Assembly: GCA_001769125.1 (NCBI GenBank)
Contig: MEOG01000093.1
Span: forward strand, 1,726 to 65,725
DNA: 64,000 nt
Reading direction: 5' to 3'
From: Bacteroidetes bacterium GWF2_35_48
Lineage (GTDB): Bacteria > Bacteroidota > Bacteroidia > Bacteroidales > GWF2-35-48
Shown piece by piece: positions 1 through 10,436 of the stretch. The position numbers were made by a program, and so were the translations under genes. Under the pieces are notes generated by a model that saw only the letters and a list, made by a program, of their open reading frames with translations, did no database searches and was not told the DNA's origin. Each line of letters starts with the position of its first letter. Position 1 is the stretch's first letter.

Positions 1-2
1 TA

Positions 3-560
3 GAAGGAATAAAAGTTCTCAATGATTCAACAATTGAAATTTCTCTGGAGAAGCCGAATCCCATGTTTCTTAACTTTCTTGCAAATCCCGTCTGTGCGAT
101 ACAAGCTAAAGAAGCCATAGAAAAATATGGTACTGCGAATCTTATTGGCGCAGGATCTTTCACTGCAACAGAAATGCCCGCTCCCGGAAAGATGATGGTT
201 TTAAAACGCTCGGAAAATTATTTTCTGCAAAATAATCAAAATAAACCCTTACCAATGCTTGATGAAATACATATCAGCTTCACTGAATCTGCATCAAAAG
301 AAATTATTAATTTTATGAACGGAGAACTTGACCTTATCATAGGATTGTCTCAATGCGAAGCGCAGGGTATTGCTGAAAAATATATTGAGGGGTTGAAAAT
401 GAAACCTCCAAAGTATATTTTAAATAGTGTTCCTGATTCAAACGTGCATCTTTTTAACCTGCAATACCCTTATGTAAAAGACTTTTACACAAACAGTATG
501 AATTATCTGGATCTTTCAATTGTATATTTTAACAAAACCGATTCTCTTGTAAAAAAATAA
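3..560 (+). CDS. ABC transporter substrate-binding protein (family 5), C-terminal part; 5' end lies outside the window
   Basis: The frame is open from base 3 (EGIKVLNDSTIEISLEKPNPMFLNFLA...GAGSF...LDEI), a typical SBP family 5 segment. Confidence 0.75.
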   Translation, partial: EGIKVLNDSTIEISLEKPNPMFLNFLANPVCAIQAKEAIEKYGTANLIGAGSFTATEMPAPGKMMVLKRSENYFLQNNQNKPLPMLDEIHISFTESASKEIINFMNGELDLIIGLSQCEAQGIAEKYIEGLKMKPPKYILNSVPDSNVHLFNLQYPYVKDFYTNSMNYLDLSIVYFNKTDSLVKK

Positions 561-580
561 GGCTTACTATAATAAATAAA

Positions 581-618
581 AAAAACGGTTGCTTTTTTAA
601 GGAAGCAACCGTTTTTTG
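581..618. terminator. Bidirectional intrinsic terminator
   Basis: AAAAACGGTTGCTT (581-594) / AAGCAACCGTTTTT (603-616) stem with A/T tracts, between convergent genes. Confidence 0.85.
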
Positions 619-637
619 TTTTATTTTCAGCTAAAGA

Positions 638-1465
638 TTAGTTAAATCCTGTAAATTTTCTAATATCTTCACGAGGATTAATGCACATAACCGGGATTTT
701 AGCATCATTAGCAATAATTTCCTGTTCTGTAGCGCCAAGCACATAATCTTTGAACCCTATATCTTTTGTTGTCATTATAAGAAGGAGGTCGCCATCATTT
801 TTTTGCGAAAATTCGAGAGTTTCATCAGGAAAACTTTTTTTACCTTCAGCCGTAAAGATTTTATATGTAATATCCTTTTCCTCAAGAAATTTTTTCGCAA
901 AAATAATATTATTATTAGCCTTCTTCATCAGTAATTCATCGGAAGTTCCTGTTTTAAAAAGGAGTATTTCTGATTTGTAATACTTTGCGAGATAACCTAC
1001 CCACGCAAGTTTTTCTTTTCCTTCCATTTTGTGGTCAAAAGGAACGATAATGGTTTTAAAAACATGTTCCTTCGGGGGAGACTGCACTACAACAAACGGA
1101 ACTTTTGAGCCTACAATAACTTTAAGCGCCCAGCTACCAGTAAGCTTCTGCATTCCTTTAATTCCATGGGTTCCCATAATAACAAGATTGGAATTAATTT
1201 CAGAAGCGACTTCGCTGATTGTTGTAAAAATACTTCCTACAACAGCTAAAACCCTGGGTTTTATGTTGTATTTTTTCATTGTATCGTCTGCCACCTGGTT
1301 CAATTTGACCAAAATTTCATCTACCTCTTTTTGCTTCTTTACAATATTTAGCAGCGTAATATCATTATTAAATGTATCCGCAATTTTTAAAGCATGCAAT
1401 AAAGCAAATTCTGCAATTGAAGTAAAATCCCAAGGGACAAGAATAGTTTTTCTATTTTCTTCCAT
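638..1465 (-). CDS. Universal stress protein (tandem USP domains)
   Basis: KTILVPWDF start, IVMGTHG motif and C-terminal IPVMCIN; paralog of 57682-58515. Confidence 0.9.
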   Translation of the reverse strand: MEENRKTILVPWDFTSIAEFALLHALKIADTFNNDITLLNIVKKQKEVDEILVKLNQVADDTMKKYNIKPRVLAVVGSIFTTISEVASEINSNLVIMGTHGIKGMQKLTGSWALKVIVGSKVPFVVVQSPPKEHVFKTIIVPFDHKMEGKEKLAWVGYLAKYYKSEILLFKTGTSDELLMKKANNNIIFAKKFLEEKDITYKIFTAEGKKSFPDETLEFSQKNDGDLLLIMTTKDIGFKDYVLGATEQEIIANDAKIPVMCINPREDIRKFTGFN

Positions 1466-1551
1466 AAAAAAAAATTTATTGTGATATTTTCAAAACTAAT
1501 TGTTTTATTTTTGCCCAGATGTCTGAACAAAATTTTTCCTGATACAAAAAT

Positions 1552-4500
1552 ATGAAATTTAAATTAATAATAAAAAAATATTTTTTACTGAGCCTGTCCA
1601 TTCTGTTGTTTAATATCCAGAATTCTCATTCACAGCAGAACCTTGAGCCCGGAATACCCTATTTTAAAAATATTTCTCCAAAGGAATATGGCTTTGAAAA
1701 CTCCAACTATTCTATTACTCAAGACAACAGGGGTTTCATTTATATAGGAAATATGAATGGGGTTATTGAATACGATGGAGTTTCATGGCGTCTTGTCCGC
1801 ATTTACGGTAATCCGATTCTTGATGTTGATAAGCGAGGAAGAGTCTATGCCGGGGGATATAATGAATTCGGTTACATTGATTATGATAAAAAAGGAAGCA
1901 TGAAATTTGTTTCCCTGCTTGACTGTTTAAGTAAAAAACTACGGCATTTCGGGCAGGTCAGGGCAGTTTATACTTTAAATAATGAAGTTTTGTTTTTTTC
2001 ATCCAAACATCTATTCAGATATCATAATAATAAAATAAGCATTATAGACTCAAGCAGTAGTACGCTGGGTCTTTTTAAAGTAAATGATAATATTTATTTT
2101 CATAAAAAAGAAATCGGTCTTTGTGAATATAGTGCTGGTAAAATCAAGCTGCTGCCTCAGGGAGAATACTTTAAGAACAAAGCCATTGACGACATTCTTC
2201 TCTACAATAGAAATTTACTAATAAAAATAACAGGGATTCAAGGATTTACTATTTATACAGGTTATTCAATTAATCAGATAAAAACGCCCATTGATAATTT
2301 TCTTGAAAAAAACATCTATTCATCGGGAGTTTTAATGCAAAATGGAAATTATGCATTTGGCACAAAGCGAATGGGACTAATAATTGTTGACAAAAAATTT
2401 AAAGTAATAACCAGTCTGAATAAAAAAGAAGGTTTGTATGACGATGAGATAATTGATATGTTTCTTGATAAAACAGGTCATCTTTGGGTCGCAATGAAAG
2501 CCGGATTCTGCTACCTTGAAATAATGTCTGCATTTTCTTTTTACGACAACAACTTAGGATTACAAGGAAGCGTGTCGGCAATTACCCGATTTGGTCAAAA
2601 TCTTTATGTGGCAACATCGCACGGTGTATTTTTTCTTCAGCCGGGAATCAATTATGCGAATCCTGAACAATTCGGTCCCAATTATAAAATAGGGCAGGTT
2701 CAGGGAATTAATGCAGAAGCATTTCGGTTTTTTCATATTAAAAATCAACTTCTTGTTTCTACAAGCAATGGCGTTTATTACATTGAAGGAAATAAAGGGT
2801 ATCAAATGTCGCAGCACAAGCTTGAAACCATGCAGCCATCTAAGACAAATCCGAATCTTATTTATATCGGAAAACCAAATGGCTTGGCGGCTATCAATTA
2901 TATTAATGGAACATGGAAAGACAGAAGGCAGGTAAAAGGTTTAAATAAAAGAATACGTACAATTGCAGAAGATGACAATAAATTTCTTTGGCTTGGAACA
3001 GACTATGACGGAGTTTTCAGGGTTGATATTAAAAATGGGTACAATGCAAATGCTCCCATTAAAGAATACAAAGAAAATTGCGGTCTTCCTGATAATTTTT
3101 TATGGTTGGATGTTTATAACACATCAAATGGTGTGATTTTCTCAAACTTCAAAGGTGCTTACAGATATAATGAGCGTTCAGACTGTTTTTATTTAGACAC
3201 TTTATTTAACTTTAACTTTGGTTCAGAAAAAATATGGATTTACCCGATTGTTGAAGATGCGCATAAAAATTTATGGTTCAGTTCTGGCTTCAATGATAAG
3301 TATGATAAAACAACGGGTGTTGCTATGTTTCGCGGTATGGATAAAAAATATTCATTATATACTATTCCTTTTGAAAGGATTAATGATATTACCGTAGAAG
3401 CAATTTATCCTGATGAAAATAGCCTAATTTGGTTTGGATCTTCTGACGGGCTTATACAATTTGATTTCAAAGCATACAAGCTGTTTAATACAGACACTCT
3501 TACATTTAATACATATATACGAAAAATTAAAACAAGCAGGGATTCATTAGTTTACGATGGAGCAAATAACTTCTCAGGATATAAAAATGCAGCTATTGTA
3601 AATGGAACAACACCTCATATTTTTAATTACAAATACAATACGATGCACTTTGAATTTGCATCCCCGACTTTTGACAGTAAAAACAAAATTCTCTTTCAAA
3701 GTTATCTGGATGGCTTCGAAACGACATGGTCTAACTGGACGCATAGTGATATTAAAGAATATACAAACCTCCCGGAAGGAGATTATATATTCAGGGTTCG
3801 TTCAAAAAATATTTATGGTAAAATATCAAATGAGGCATCGTACAATTTTACTATTCTGCCCCCTGTTTACAGGAAATGGTATGCATTTTTGTTTTATCTG
3901 GTAATGATCGGGGCATTTATCCTGATGGTTACAAAATGGAGATCGTACCGATTTGCAAAAGAACGTGCAAAACTTGAAAAAATAATTAACGAAAGAACCG
4001 AGGAACTTGTTAAGCAAAAAGAAAGGTCTGAAGAGCTTGTATCGAACCTGCTTCCCAAAGAAACAGCAGATGAAATTATCTCAAAAGGCAAGGCCGATTC
4101 AAAGCGCTATGACTTAACAACCGTTATGTTTGCGGATTTTCAGGAATTCACAAAAATTACCGAAGCACTTAATCCGGAAGCATTAATAAGTGATTTGGAT
4201 AAAATTTTCCTGCATTTTGATTCCATCGTAGAAAAATATGGTATTGAAAAAATTAAAACTATGGGAGACGCCTATATGTGCGCAGGAGGTATTCCGGAAA
4301 AAAACTGCACAAATCCTGTAGAAATTGTACTGGCTGCTATAGAAATGCAACAGCATCTGTACGCGCTCCACGATGAACTCCATGAAGCAAATGAAACATG
4401 GAACATGCGTATAGGAATTCATACCGGACCTGTTATTGCGGGTGTTGTAGGCAGCAAAAAATTTTCTTATGACATTTGGGGAGATACCGTGAATATAGCC

Positions 4501-5295
4501 AGCCGTATGGAAACATCAGGAATGCCGGGAAAAATTAACATTTCCTCCAAAACTTACGAATACATTAAAGATTTTTTCATTTGCGAGCCGAGAGGGAAAC
4601 TCCCTGTAAAATATAAAGGAGACATTGATATGTTTTTCATAACAGGTATAAAGCCCGAATTATCCATAAACAATAATGGTGATGCTCCAGCTCCGGCGTT
4701 TTCTATTAAGCTTCAACTTGTGAGGTACAGCGACCTTGAGGAAATGCTTTTTTCAAAACTCGAAAAAGGACTACCAAAGAATTTGTATTATCATAATTTT
4801 AAACATACAGTGGATGTTACAGCACAAGTTGAAATTCTTGGCAGGTATGAATCCATTAGCGAAGCAGATATGCTTATTCTAAAAACAGCCTCCCTGTTTC
4901 ACGATAGTGGTTTTATGATTGGGTACGACGATCATGAGCTTTTGGGGATGAAACTTGCACGTGAAACACTGCCTCAATATAAATATACTCCGGATCAGAT
5001 AAAGGCTGTCTGCGATTTAATATATGCAACAAAATTTCCTCCCCAGCCGAAAAACCTGCTGGAACAGATAATTTGCGATGCAGACCTTGACTATCTTGGC
5101 AGGCACGATTTTATTCCAAACTCACAAAACCTGTTTCGCGAACTTTACGAGCGGAATAAAATAAAAACTATGGAAGAATGGAATAAAATGCAGATTAAAT
5201 TCCTTGAAGGGCATCAATTTTATACAGAATCAGCACGAAAACTAAGAGATGTAAATAAAAATAAACAGCTCGAAGAACTCAGGAAAATGATTTGA
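1552..5295 (+). CDS. Membrane sensor adenylate cyclase: signal peptide, beta-propeller repeats, Y_Y_Y domain, TM helix, class III cyclase, C-terminal HD/PDE-like domain
   Basis: YTNLPEGDYIFRVR (Y_Y_Y); TM WYAFLFYLVMIGAFILMV; FADF, KIKTMGDAYM, YDIWGDTVNIASRME (class III cyclase with ATP-type K/D); YHNFKHTVDV, LFHDSG, ICDADLDYLG (HD). Confidence 0.9.
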   Translation: MKFKLIIKKYFLLSLSILLFNIQNSHSQQNLEPGIPYFKNISPKEYGFENSNYSITQDNRGFIYIGNMNGVIEYDGVSWRLVRIYGNPILDVDKRGRVYAGGYNEFGYIDYDKKGSMKFVSLLDCLSKKLRHFGQVRAVYTLNNEVLFFSSKHLFRYHNNKISIIDSSSSTLGLFKVNDNIYFHKKEIGLCEYSAGKIKLLPQGEYFKNKAIDDILLYNRNLLIKITGIQGFTIYTGYSINQIKTPIDNFLEKNIYSSGVLMQNGNYAFGTKRMGLIIVDKKFKVITSLNKKEGLYDDEIIDMFLDKTGHLWVAMKAGFCYLEIMSAFSFYDNNLGLQGSVSAITRFGQNLYVATSHGVFFLQPGINYANPEQFGPNYKIGQVQGINAEAFRFFHIKNQLLVSTSNGVYYIEGNKGYQMSQHKLETMQPSKTNPNLIYIGKPNGLAAINYINGTWKDRRQVKGLNKRIRTIAEDDNKFLWLGTDYDGVFRVDIKNGYNANAPIKEYKENCGLPDNFLWLDVYNTSNGVIFSNFKGAYRYNERSDCFYLDTLFNFNFGSEKIWIYPIVEDAHKNLWFSSGFNDKYDKTTGVAMFRGMDKKYSLYTIPFERINDITVEAIYPDENSLIWFGSSDGLIQFDFKAYKLFNTDTLTFNTYIRKIKTSRDSLVYDGANNFSGYKNAAIVNGTTPHIFNYKYNTMHFEFASPTFDSKNKILFQSYLDGFETTWSNWTHSDIKEYTNLPEGDYIFRVRSKNIYGKISNEASYNFTILPPVYRKWYAFLFYLVMIGAFILMVTKWRSYRFAKERAKLEKIINERTEELVKQKERSEELVSNLLPKETADEIISKGKADSKRYDLTTVMFADFQEFTKITEALNPEALISDLDKIFLHFDSIVEKYGIEKIKTMGDAYMCAGGIPEKNCTNPVEIVLAAIEMQQHLYALHDELHEANETWNMRIGIHTGPVIAGVVGSKKFSYDIWGDTVNIASRMETSGMPGKINISSKTYEYIKDFFICEPRGKLPVKYKGDIDMFFITGIKPELSINNNGDAPAPAFSIKLQLVRYSDLEEMLFSKLEKGLPKNLYYHNFKHTVDVTAQVEILGRYESISEADMLILKTASLFHDSGFMIGYDDHELLGMKLARETLPQYKYTPDQIKAVCDLIYATKFPPQPKNLLEQIICDADLDYLGRHDFIPNSQNLFRELYERNKIKTMEEWNKMQIKFLEGHQFYTESARKLRDVNKNKQLEELRKMI

Positions 5296-6759
5296 TCAGT
5301 TTGATACTTTAGGCGTAAGCCATGAAGAGGGATTGAGCTTATTATTATCTTTCCAGATTTCAAAATGCAGCGTTGTTTTATTGTCTTCATCAGCATCCGT
5401 AAATACTTTCCCTATGCTCTGTTTGGATGAAACCTTGTCGCCTGATTTTACATAAGCCTGCGAAAGATTAGAATACACACTTAAAAAATTTCCATGTCTG
5501 ATAATAATAACATTATTGTGCCCGGGAATCTTCATTACCTTGCTTACCACGCCGCTAAAAATTGCACGAACATTTTCTCCCTCTGCAGTACTGATATCAA
5601 TACCATCATTGCGAATCATGATTCCTTTCAAAATTGGATGTTCATGCTCCCCAAAAGTTCCGGTAATTAATCCATGCTCTGTTGGCCACGGAAGCTTTCC
5701 TCTATTATTTCCAAAACTTGTTGATGTAATTTTTTCTTCAGGGGTCATGTCAAAAACTACAGACTTTTTTACCTTGTCCGTTGTTTCTTTTTCCTCATCT
5801 TTAGATTCAAAATCGTCCTGTTTTTCAGCCTTGTTATCTGCGTGTAAATTATTCTTAGCATTTTTTATTTTTTCTGCTTTACTTTTTTTCTCTTTGGCTT
5901 TTTTCGCTTTTAAAGCAAGAACTCGTTCTTGTCTTCTTGCTTCTTCTTCTGCTGCAATTATTTTATGAATTTCCTTTTGTAACTTCTGTGAAAGCCTTAC
6001 TTGCTCTTCCAGCTTTTTCTTTAACTCTTTTTCTTTGGACTTGAGGCTGGTCAATATTTCTGTTTGTTCACCTTTTTCCCTTTCAAGTAATACTGCTTCC
6101 TCCTCCTGCGCTAATAACAATTCCTGCTTCTGATTCATTCTCTTTTCCAACTCTGCCAGTTTTCGTTGCAGGTATTTCTGATTTTTCACAATTCCCTTTG
6201 CCTGCTTTCTTCTGTATTCTGAATACTGTTGCATGTATTTAAGCCTTTTGTATGCCTGATTGAAATCTTTTGCAGATAAAATAAACATCAGTTTTTCATA
6301 CGAATTTCTGTTCTTATAAGCATAATAAATCAGTTGCGCGTAATCTTCTTTTAATACCCTTAATTCCTTAGTACATGAATTTATATCTTTATTACTTTGA
6401 TCTATTTTTTTATTTAATACCAGAACTTCTGAATTTATATTTTGCATAAGCTCTTTTCTGAGAGAAATTTTTCTGCTTAGAATCAACAGGGCATTGAGGG
6501 ATTTGTTCTTATGCTGTTTGTTTGCTTTTAGAAGTTTATTTGTATAATCAATTTCCTTTTGGTTGTTTTTTTTTGTTTTCTCAAGTTTGTTTTTATTCTG
6601 AGAAAAAGAAAAGGCAGGTAAAAAAAAATATAATGTCAGTAGTAGGAATAATAGCTTGAATATTTTTTTAAAATTTAAAAAAAACATCCTCTGTTCTTTG
6701 TTGCGTGGCTTCAAAAAAGAATGTGAATAAAAACTTATATTCTTAAATTTAAAAATCAC
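5296..6759 (-). CDS. Murein hydrolase activator, EnvC family (coiled coil + M23-like domain); likely start 6687
   Basis: Long coiled coil; GKLPWP, NDGIDI, IIRHG..LSVYSNL and LHFEIW motifs. Confidence 0.9.
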   Translation of the reverse strand: MIFKFKNISFYSHSFLKPRNKEQRMFFLNFKKIFKLLFLLLTLYFFLPAFSFSQNKNKLEKTKKNNQKEIDYTNKLLKANKQHKNKSLNALLILSRKISLRKELMQNINSEVLVLNKKIDQSNKDINSCTKELRVLKEDYAQLIYYAYKNRNSYEKLMFILSAKDFNQAYKRLKYMQQYSEYRRKQAKGIVKNQKYLQRKLAELEKRMNQKQELLLAQEEEAVLLEREKGEQTEILTSLKSKEKELKKKLEEQVRLSQKLQKEIHKIIAAEEEARRQERVLALKAKKAKEKKSKAEKIKNAKNNLHADNKAEKQDDFESKDEEKETTDKVKKSVVFDMTPEEKITSTSFGNNRGKLPWPTEHGLITGTFGEHEHPILKGIMIRNDGIDISTAEGENVRAIFSGVVSKVMKIPGHNNVIIIRHGNFLSVYSNLSQAYVKSGDKVSSKQSIGKVFTDADEDNKTTLHFEIWKDNNKLNPSSWLTPKVSN

Positions 6760-6792
6760 TTCTTCTATTTTTATTATTGCTGAACATGACTA

Positions 6793-7656
6793 TTATTCGG
6801 GCATTTTTAAATATTTTTCAGGAACAGAAAATGGATATTCCAGCTTTTTATTTAAAGTTGCTTTTGTATAAGAAAGATTAAATTTAATAACGGTTTCTTT
6901 ATCTTTAATCGTAAACTTTGTACTCATAGGGAACAATTGATCTTCTACATTTTCAAAATCTGAATATATAACATCCATTGATTTTTGATATTCATGGTCA
7001 TTGGCATACACATGTACGATTTTAAATATTTCAGGTAAAACGGCTACTTCAATAAAAATAAGGTTATCTGTTTTTTTCTTTTTTACCTTACGATGGAGTT
7101 TTCTCTCTTTCAAGGATTGCAATACATACAAATTAGAGTCTTTATATGACTTAAAACCTTTTATATCCTCATCATCGGGTGTACGTGTATAAAAAAACAT
7201 TTCATTGCTTAAAACAGACTGAAGAAGATTATAATCAAGATCCATTTTTGTAAGATTTCTTATGTAATTATAATTCCCCAGATAATACGTTGAATTTATT
7301 CTGTTAATAAATTTAACACTATCCGGGGTTATTATTAATCGCACAGCCTCTATTCCAAGAGCGGGAACAATAGAAACCCAGATAGCGCTGTCTCTTTTAA
7401 TTCTTAAAGTACCACTGAATGACTGGCTCTCTTCCCCTTTTTCATAAGTTGCAGAAAATTTTAAAGACAGGGACTGGTAACGGAATTTTCTGTAATTAAC
7501 ATTGTCGAACACCTTTGAAGCCCTCATTGGTTTTACATTTTTGAAATGAAAAACCTGCTTTTTTGATTTACAAGATGAAAAAACAAATGTAAAAACGGTA
7601 ATACTTATAAAAGTTATAAGTAAAATATTTATCTTTTTCTTCATGATTCTATTCAA
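6793..7656 (-). CDS. DUF4292-family lipoprotein
   Basis: Lipobox FSSC; RIKRDSAIWVSI..LGIEAVRLIITPDSV; conserved Bacteroidota position between TPR and EnvC genes. Confidence 0.8.
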   Translation of the reverse strand: MNRIMKKKINILLITFISITVFTFVFSSCKSKKQVFHFKNVKPMRASKVFDNVNYRKFRYQSLSLKFSATYEKGEESQSFSGTLRIKRDSAIWVSIVPALGIEAVRLIITPDSVKFINRINSTYYLGNYNYIRNLTKMDLDYNLLQSVLSNEMFFYTRTPDDEDIKGFKSYKDSNLYVLQSLKERKLHRKVKKKKTDNLIFIEVAVLPEIFKIVHVYANDHEYQKSMDVIYSDFENVEDQLFPMSTKFTIKDKETVIKFNLSYTKATLNKKLEYPFSVPEKYLKMPE

Positions 7657-9406
7657 ACAGCTTCCCCTCCTTTAATTTCTTATTGAGAAATTCAGAACCG
7701 GTTCCGGTTTCTACAGCTTTTTGCCAATATTCAACCGCCTTTTCCTTTTCCCCGATTTTATAAACAATATCGCCATAATGCTCAAATAAAACAGCACTTG
7801 GCGTGCCCTGATTTTTTATGGCTTTTTCCATTATAATCTTTGCTTCATCAAATTTATTAAGCTTATATAAGACCCATGCATACGTATCAAGATATGTAGC
7901 ACTGTTTGGCTCTTTAGTAACAACTTTCTTAATCATAAGTTCTGCTTTTTCAAGATATTCATTTCGTAAAGCAAGGTAATAACTGTAATTATTTAATGTC
8001 AGAATATTTTCAGGATCAAGCTTGATAAGATTATCAAAAGCAGCGTCGGATTCAGGATGTTTTTTGAGTTTATAATAAGCCTCTCCGAGATAACTGTAAA
8101 ATTGCACTTTCAGAGGAATATTATCTGTTACAAAATCAATTCCTTTGTTTAATACTTCCACACAATAATTGTAATCTTTTAACTGCAATGCTGCAAGACC
8201 TGCAAACATATAGGACGTTGGCTGAACAGGGAAAAGCTCCATCACTTCTTTGCTTTCTTCCAGTAAGGCATTATAGTCTCCTGTATGCACCTCCAGATAT
8301 AACAATTGCTCCCATATTAAAAATTTATCTTTTGTTGATTTTACAACAAATCGCAATTGGTCTCTGGCTTCAACATATTTTTCATCACGAATCAGATAAT
8401 CGGCATAAATTGTATGAACTTTTGGGTCTCCCTCATGCGTTTTCAGAAGTATTTCAAGAAGACCATTTGCTTTTTTGTTTAAGTCGGAATTATTTTCAAT
8501 ATAAGTGATAAAATTCATCATCATTTTTACCTTAACATCCACGTCAACTTCCGTACTTGCAAATGCGAGCAATAATTCTTCATAAGATTTCTCTACTTCA
8601 TTGATTACTCTGTAAAAATCGGCAAGAGAAAGATGAGCAAGACCGTTATTCTTATCTATTTCCAATAATTTCTTATAGGTAGCAAGTGCTTTATCATACT
8701 GCATGCTTGCGGCATAAGCCTCGGCAAGAATTCCATAAAATCGTGATTCTCCCGGATAAGCATTCACAAGTTTTTCTAATTCCGCTAAAGCTTTATTTGC
8801 ATTTCCAAGCAGCATGTACAGCCGCTCTTTTTCAAGGCTTACAACATCTGTAACTCCTACCTGTTTTTCAGATGCATCTAAAATCTTTATGGCGTCTTTG
8901 ATTTTACCAATAGCAGTATAAATCATTGACAGGTTGTAATAAAAATCCAATCGTGCAGGCTCTTGTTTTATGAGGGATTTATAAATATCGACAGCCTGCG
9001 ACAGCATACCATTTTTCTGATACAAGCCTGCCAGTTGTACACTATACCAAATGTTAGAAGGATCTATTTCAACTGCCTTCTGAGAATATTTCAGCGGAGA
9101 AACCCAGTCGCCCTGCGAAATATATAAATTTGCTAGCTCAAAATATGGAACCGGATTATCGGGAATAATCTGAATACATTGCTGGTAATGCTGCAATGCT
9201 TCATTAAAAAAGCCAAGCATTTTCTGCTTATTTCCATCAATAAGATTACTGCTGAAATTCATCTGGTCGTTTTCAGAAATTTCTTTCCCTTTACCCTTAA
9301 CCTGTGATGTCTTGGATGTCTTACAAGCAGAAAAAACAATCGTTAAGCCTATAGCTAAAACAAAAAAAGTGTATGCAATATTTTTCAATGTACTGCCCTT
9401 ATTCAT
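7649..9406 (-). CDS. Tetratricopeptide repeat lipoprotein
   Basis: Lipobox FSAC; multiple TPR helical repeats; LNNYSYYLA and YLDTYAWVLY motifs. Confidence 0.9.
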   Translation of the reverse strand: MNKGSTLKNIAYTFFVLAIGLTIVFSACKTSKTSQVKGKGKEISENDQMNFSSNLIDGNKQKMLGFFNEALQHYQQCIQIIPDNPVPYFELANLYISQGDWVSPLKYSQKAVEIDPSNIWYSVQLAGLYQKNGMLSQAVDIYKSLIKQEPARLDFYYNLSMIYTAIGKIKDAIKILDASEKQVGVTDVVSLEKERLYMLLGNANKALAELEKLVNAYPGESRFYGILAEAYAASMQYDKALATYKKLLEIDKNNGLAHLSLADFYRVINEVEKSYEELLLAFASTEVDVDVKVKMMMNFITYIENNSDLNKKANGLLEILLKTHEGDPKVHTIYADYLIRDEKYVEARDQLRFVVKSTKDKFLIWEQLLYLEVHTGDYNALLEESKEVMELFPVQPTSYMFAGLAALQLKDYNYCVEVLNKGIDFVTDNIPLKVQFYSYLGEAYYKLKKHPESDAAFDNLIKLDPENILTLNNYSYYLALRNEYLEKAELMIKKVVTKEPNSATYLDTYAWVLYKLNKFDEAKIIMEKAIKNQGTPSAVLFEHYGDIVYKIGEKEKAVEYWQKAVETGTGSEFLNKKLKEGKLFE

Positions 9407-10411
9407 TTATTTTGAAATAACGGTATAATCACCAATATTCAATTCTCTGGACTCCCCTTTTATATCAACAAAATTACCAATCATTGAATTTGTAACATTG
9501 AGATCTTCAATGTGCGAGTTTCGCATAATTATTGAATTCTTTAATAACGAATTTTTTATAATTGTATTATAACCAATAGAAACATGAGGACCAATAACAC
9601 TGTTTTCAATCTGCGCATCTTTCCCAATAAAACAAGGAGGGATGATGATAGAATTATTTATAACAGATGTTTCGTCAATCATTTTTTCATTTGAGTGTGT
9701 TTCAAGAATCCTCTGGTTCGTATATACAGTATTATCTTTATTCCCGCAATCGAGCCACTCTTCAACTTCACCTGGAAACATTTTCATTTGTTTAGATTTC
9801 ATATTCTGAAGCGCATCCGTAAGCTGATATTCTCCATTTACAACAATATTATTGTCGAGCAGGAATTTCAGTTCATCACGCAAAATATTTCCATCCTTAA
9901 AATAATAAATACCAATGATTGCGAGATTTGATACAAACTCTTTTGGTTTCTCAATAAAATCTGTTATTAATTTTTTATCACTGATTTTTACAACGCCAAA
10001 TGAAGAGGGATTTTCAACCTTATGAACCCAAATTATAGAATCAGCTTCCTCATCAAGTTTAAAGGCTGCCCTGAAAAGAGTATCTGCAAAAGCGACAATA
10101 ACTTTACCGCTCAAACTTTTCTCTGCGCAATAAATAGCATGGGCAGTACCGAGCGCTTCGTGCTGATAATAAATACTTGCTTTAGCTCCCAGTGAAGCAG
10201 CTATCGCAATCAGGGTGTCTTCCGTTTCTTTACCAAAATCTCCGATTACAAATGCAATTTCTTCTATTTTTTCTGTGCATACAGCTGCGATATCTTCTGC
10301 TAAACGTTGCACAATGGGTTTTCCTGCTATAGGAATAAGGGGTTTGGGAACTGTTAACGTATGAGGCCGCATCCGCTTCCCCATTCCCGCCATAGGAATT
10401 ATTATTTTCAT
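9407..10411 (-). CDS. Sugar-phosphate nucleotidyltransferase (G1P thymidylyltransferase-like) with C-terminal LbH region
   Basis: MKIIIPMAGMGKRMRPHTLTVPKPL motif; start set at ATG 10411 rather than the ORF start 10531, which overlaps dut. Confidence 0.88.
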   Translation of the reverse strand: MKIIIPMAGMGKRMRPHTLTVPKPLIPIAGKPIVQRLAEDIAAVCTEKIEEIAFVIGDFGKETEDTLIAIAASLGAKASIYYQHEALGTAHAIYCAEKSLSGKVIVAFADTLFRAAFKLDEEADSIIWVHKVENPSSFGVVKISDKKLITDFIEKPKEFVSNLAIIGIYYFKDGNILRDELKFLLDNNIVVNGEYQLTDALQNMKSKQMKMFPGEVEEWLDCGNKDNTVYTNQRILETHSNEKMIDETSVINNSIIIPPCFIGKDAQIENSVIGPHVSIGYNTIIKNSLLKNSIIMRNSHIEDLNVTNSMIGNFVDIKGESRELNIGDYTVISK

Positions 10412-10436
10412 ATCGGATTTTTTTCGGGTATTGAAT

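Noticed and set aside
750-5968. Longer antisense ORFs such as 1029-1484 and 5516-5968
   Set aside because: Fully antisense to well-supported genes; typical shadow ORFs. The same applies to the many 60-140-aa ORFs nested in other genes.
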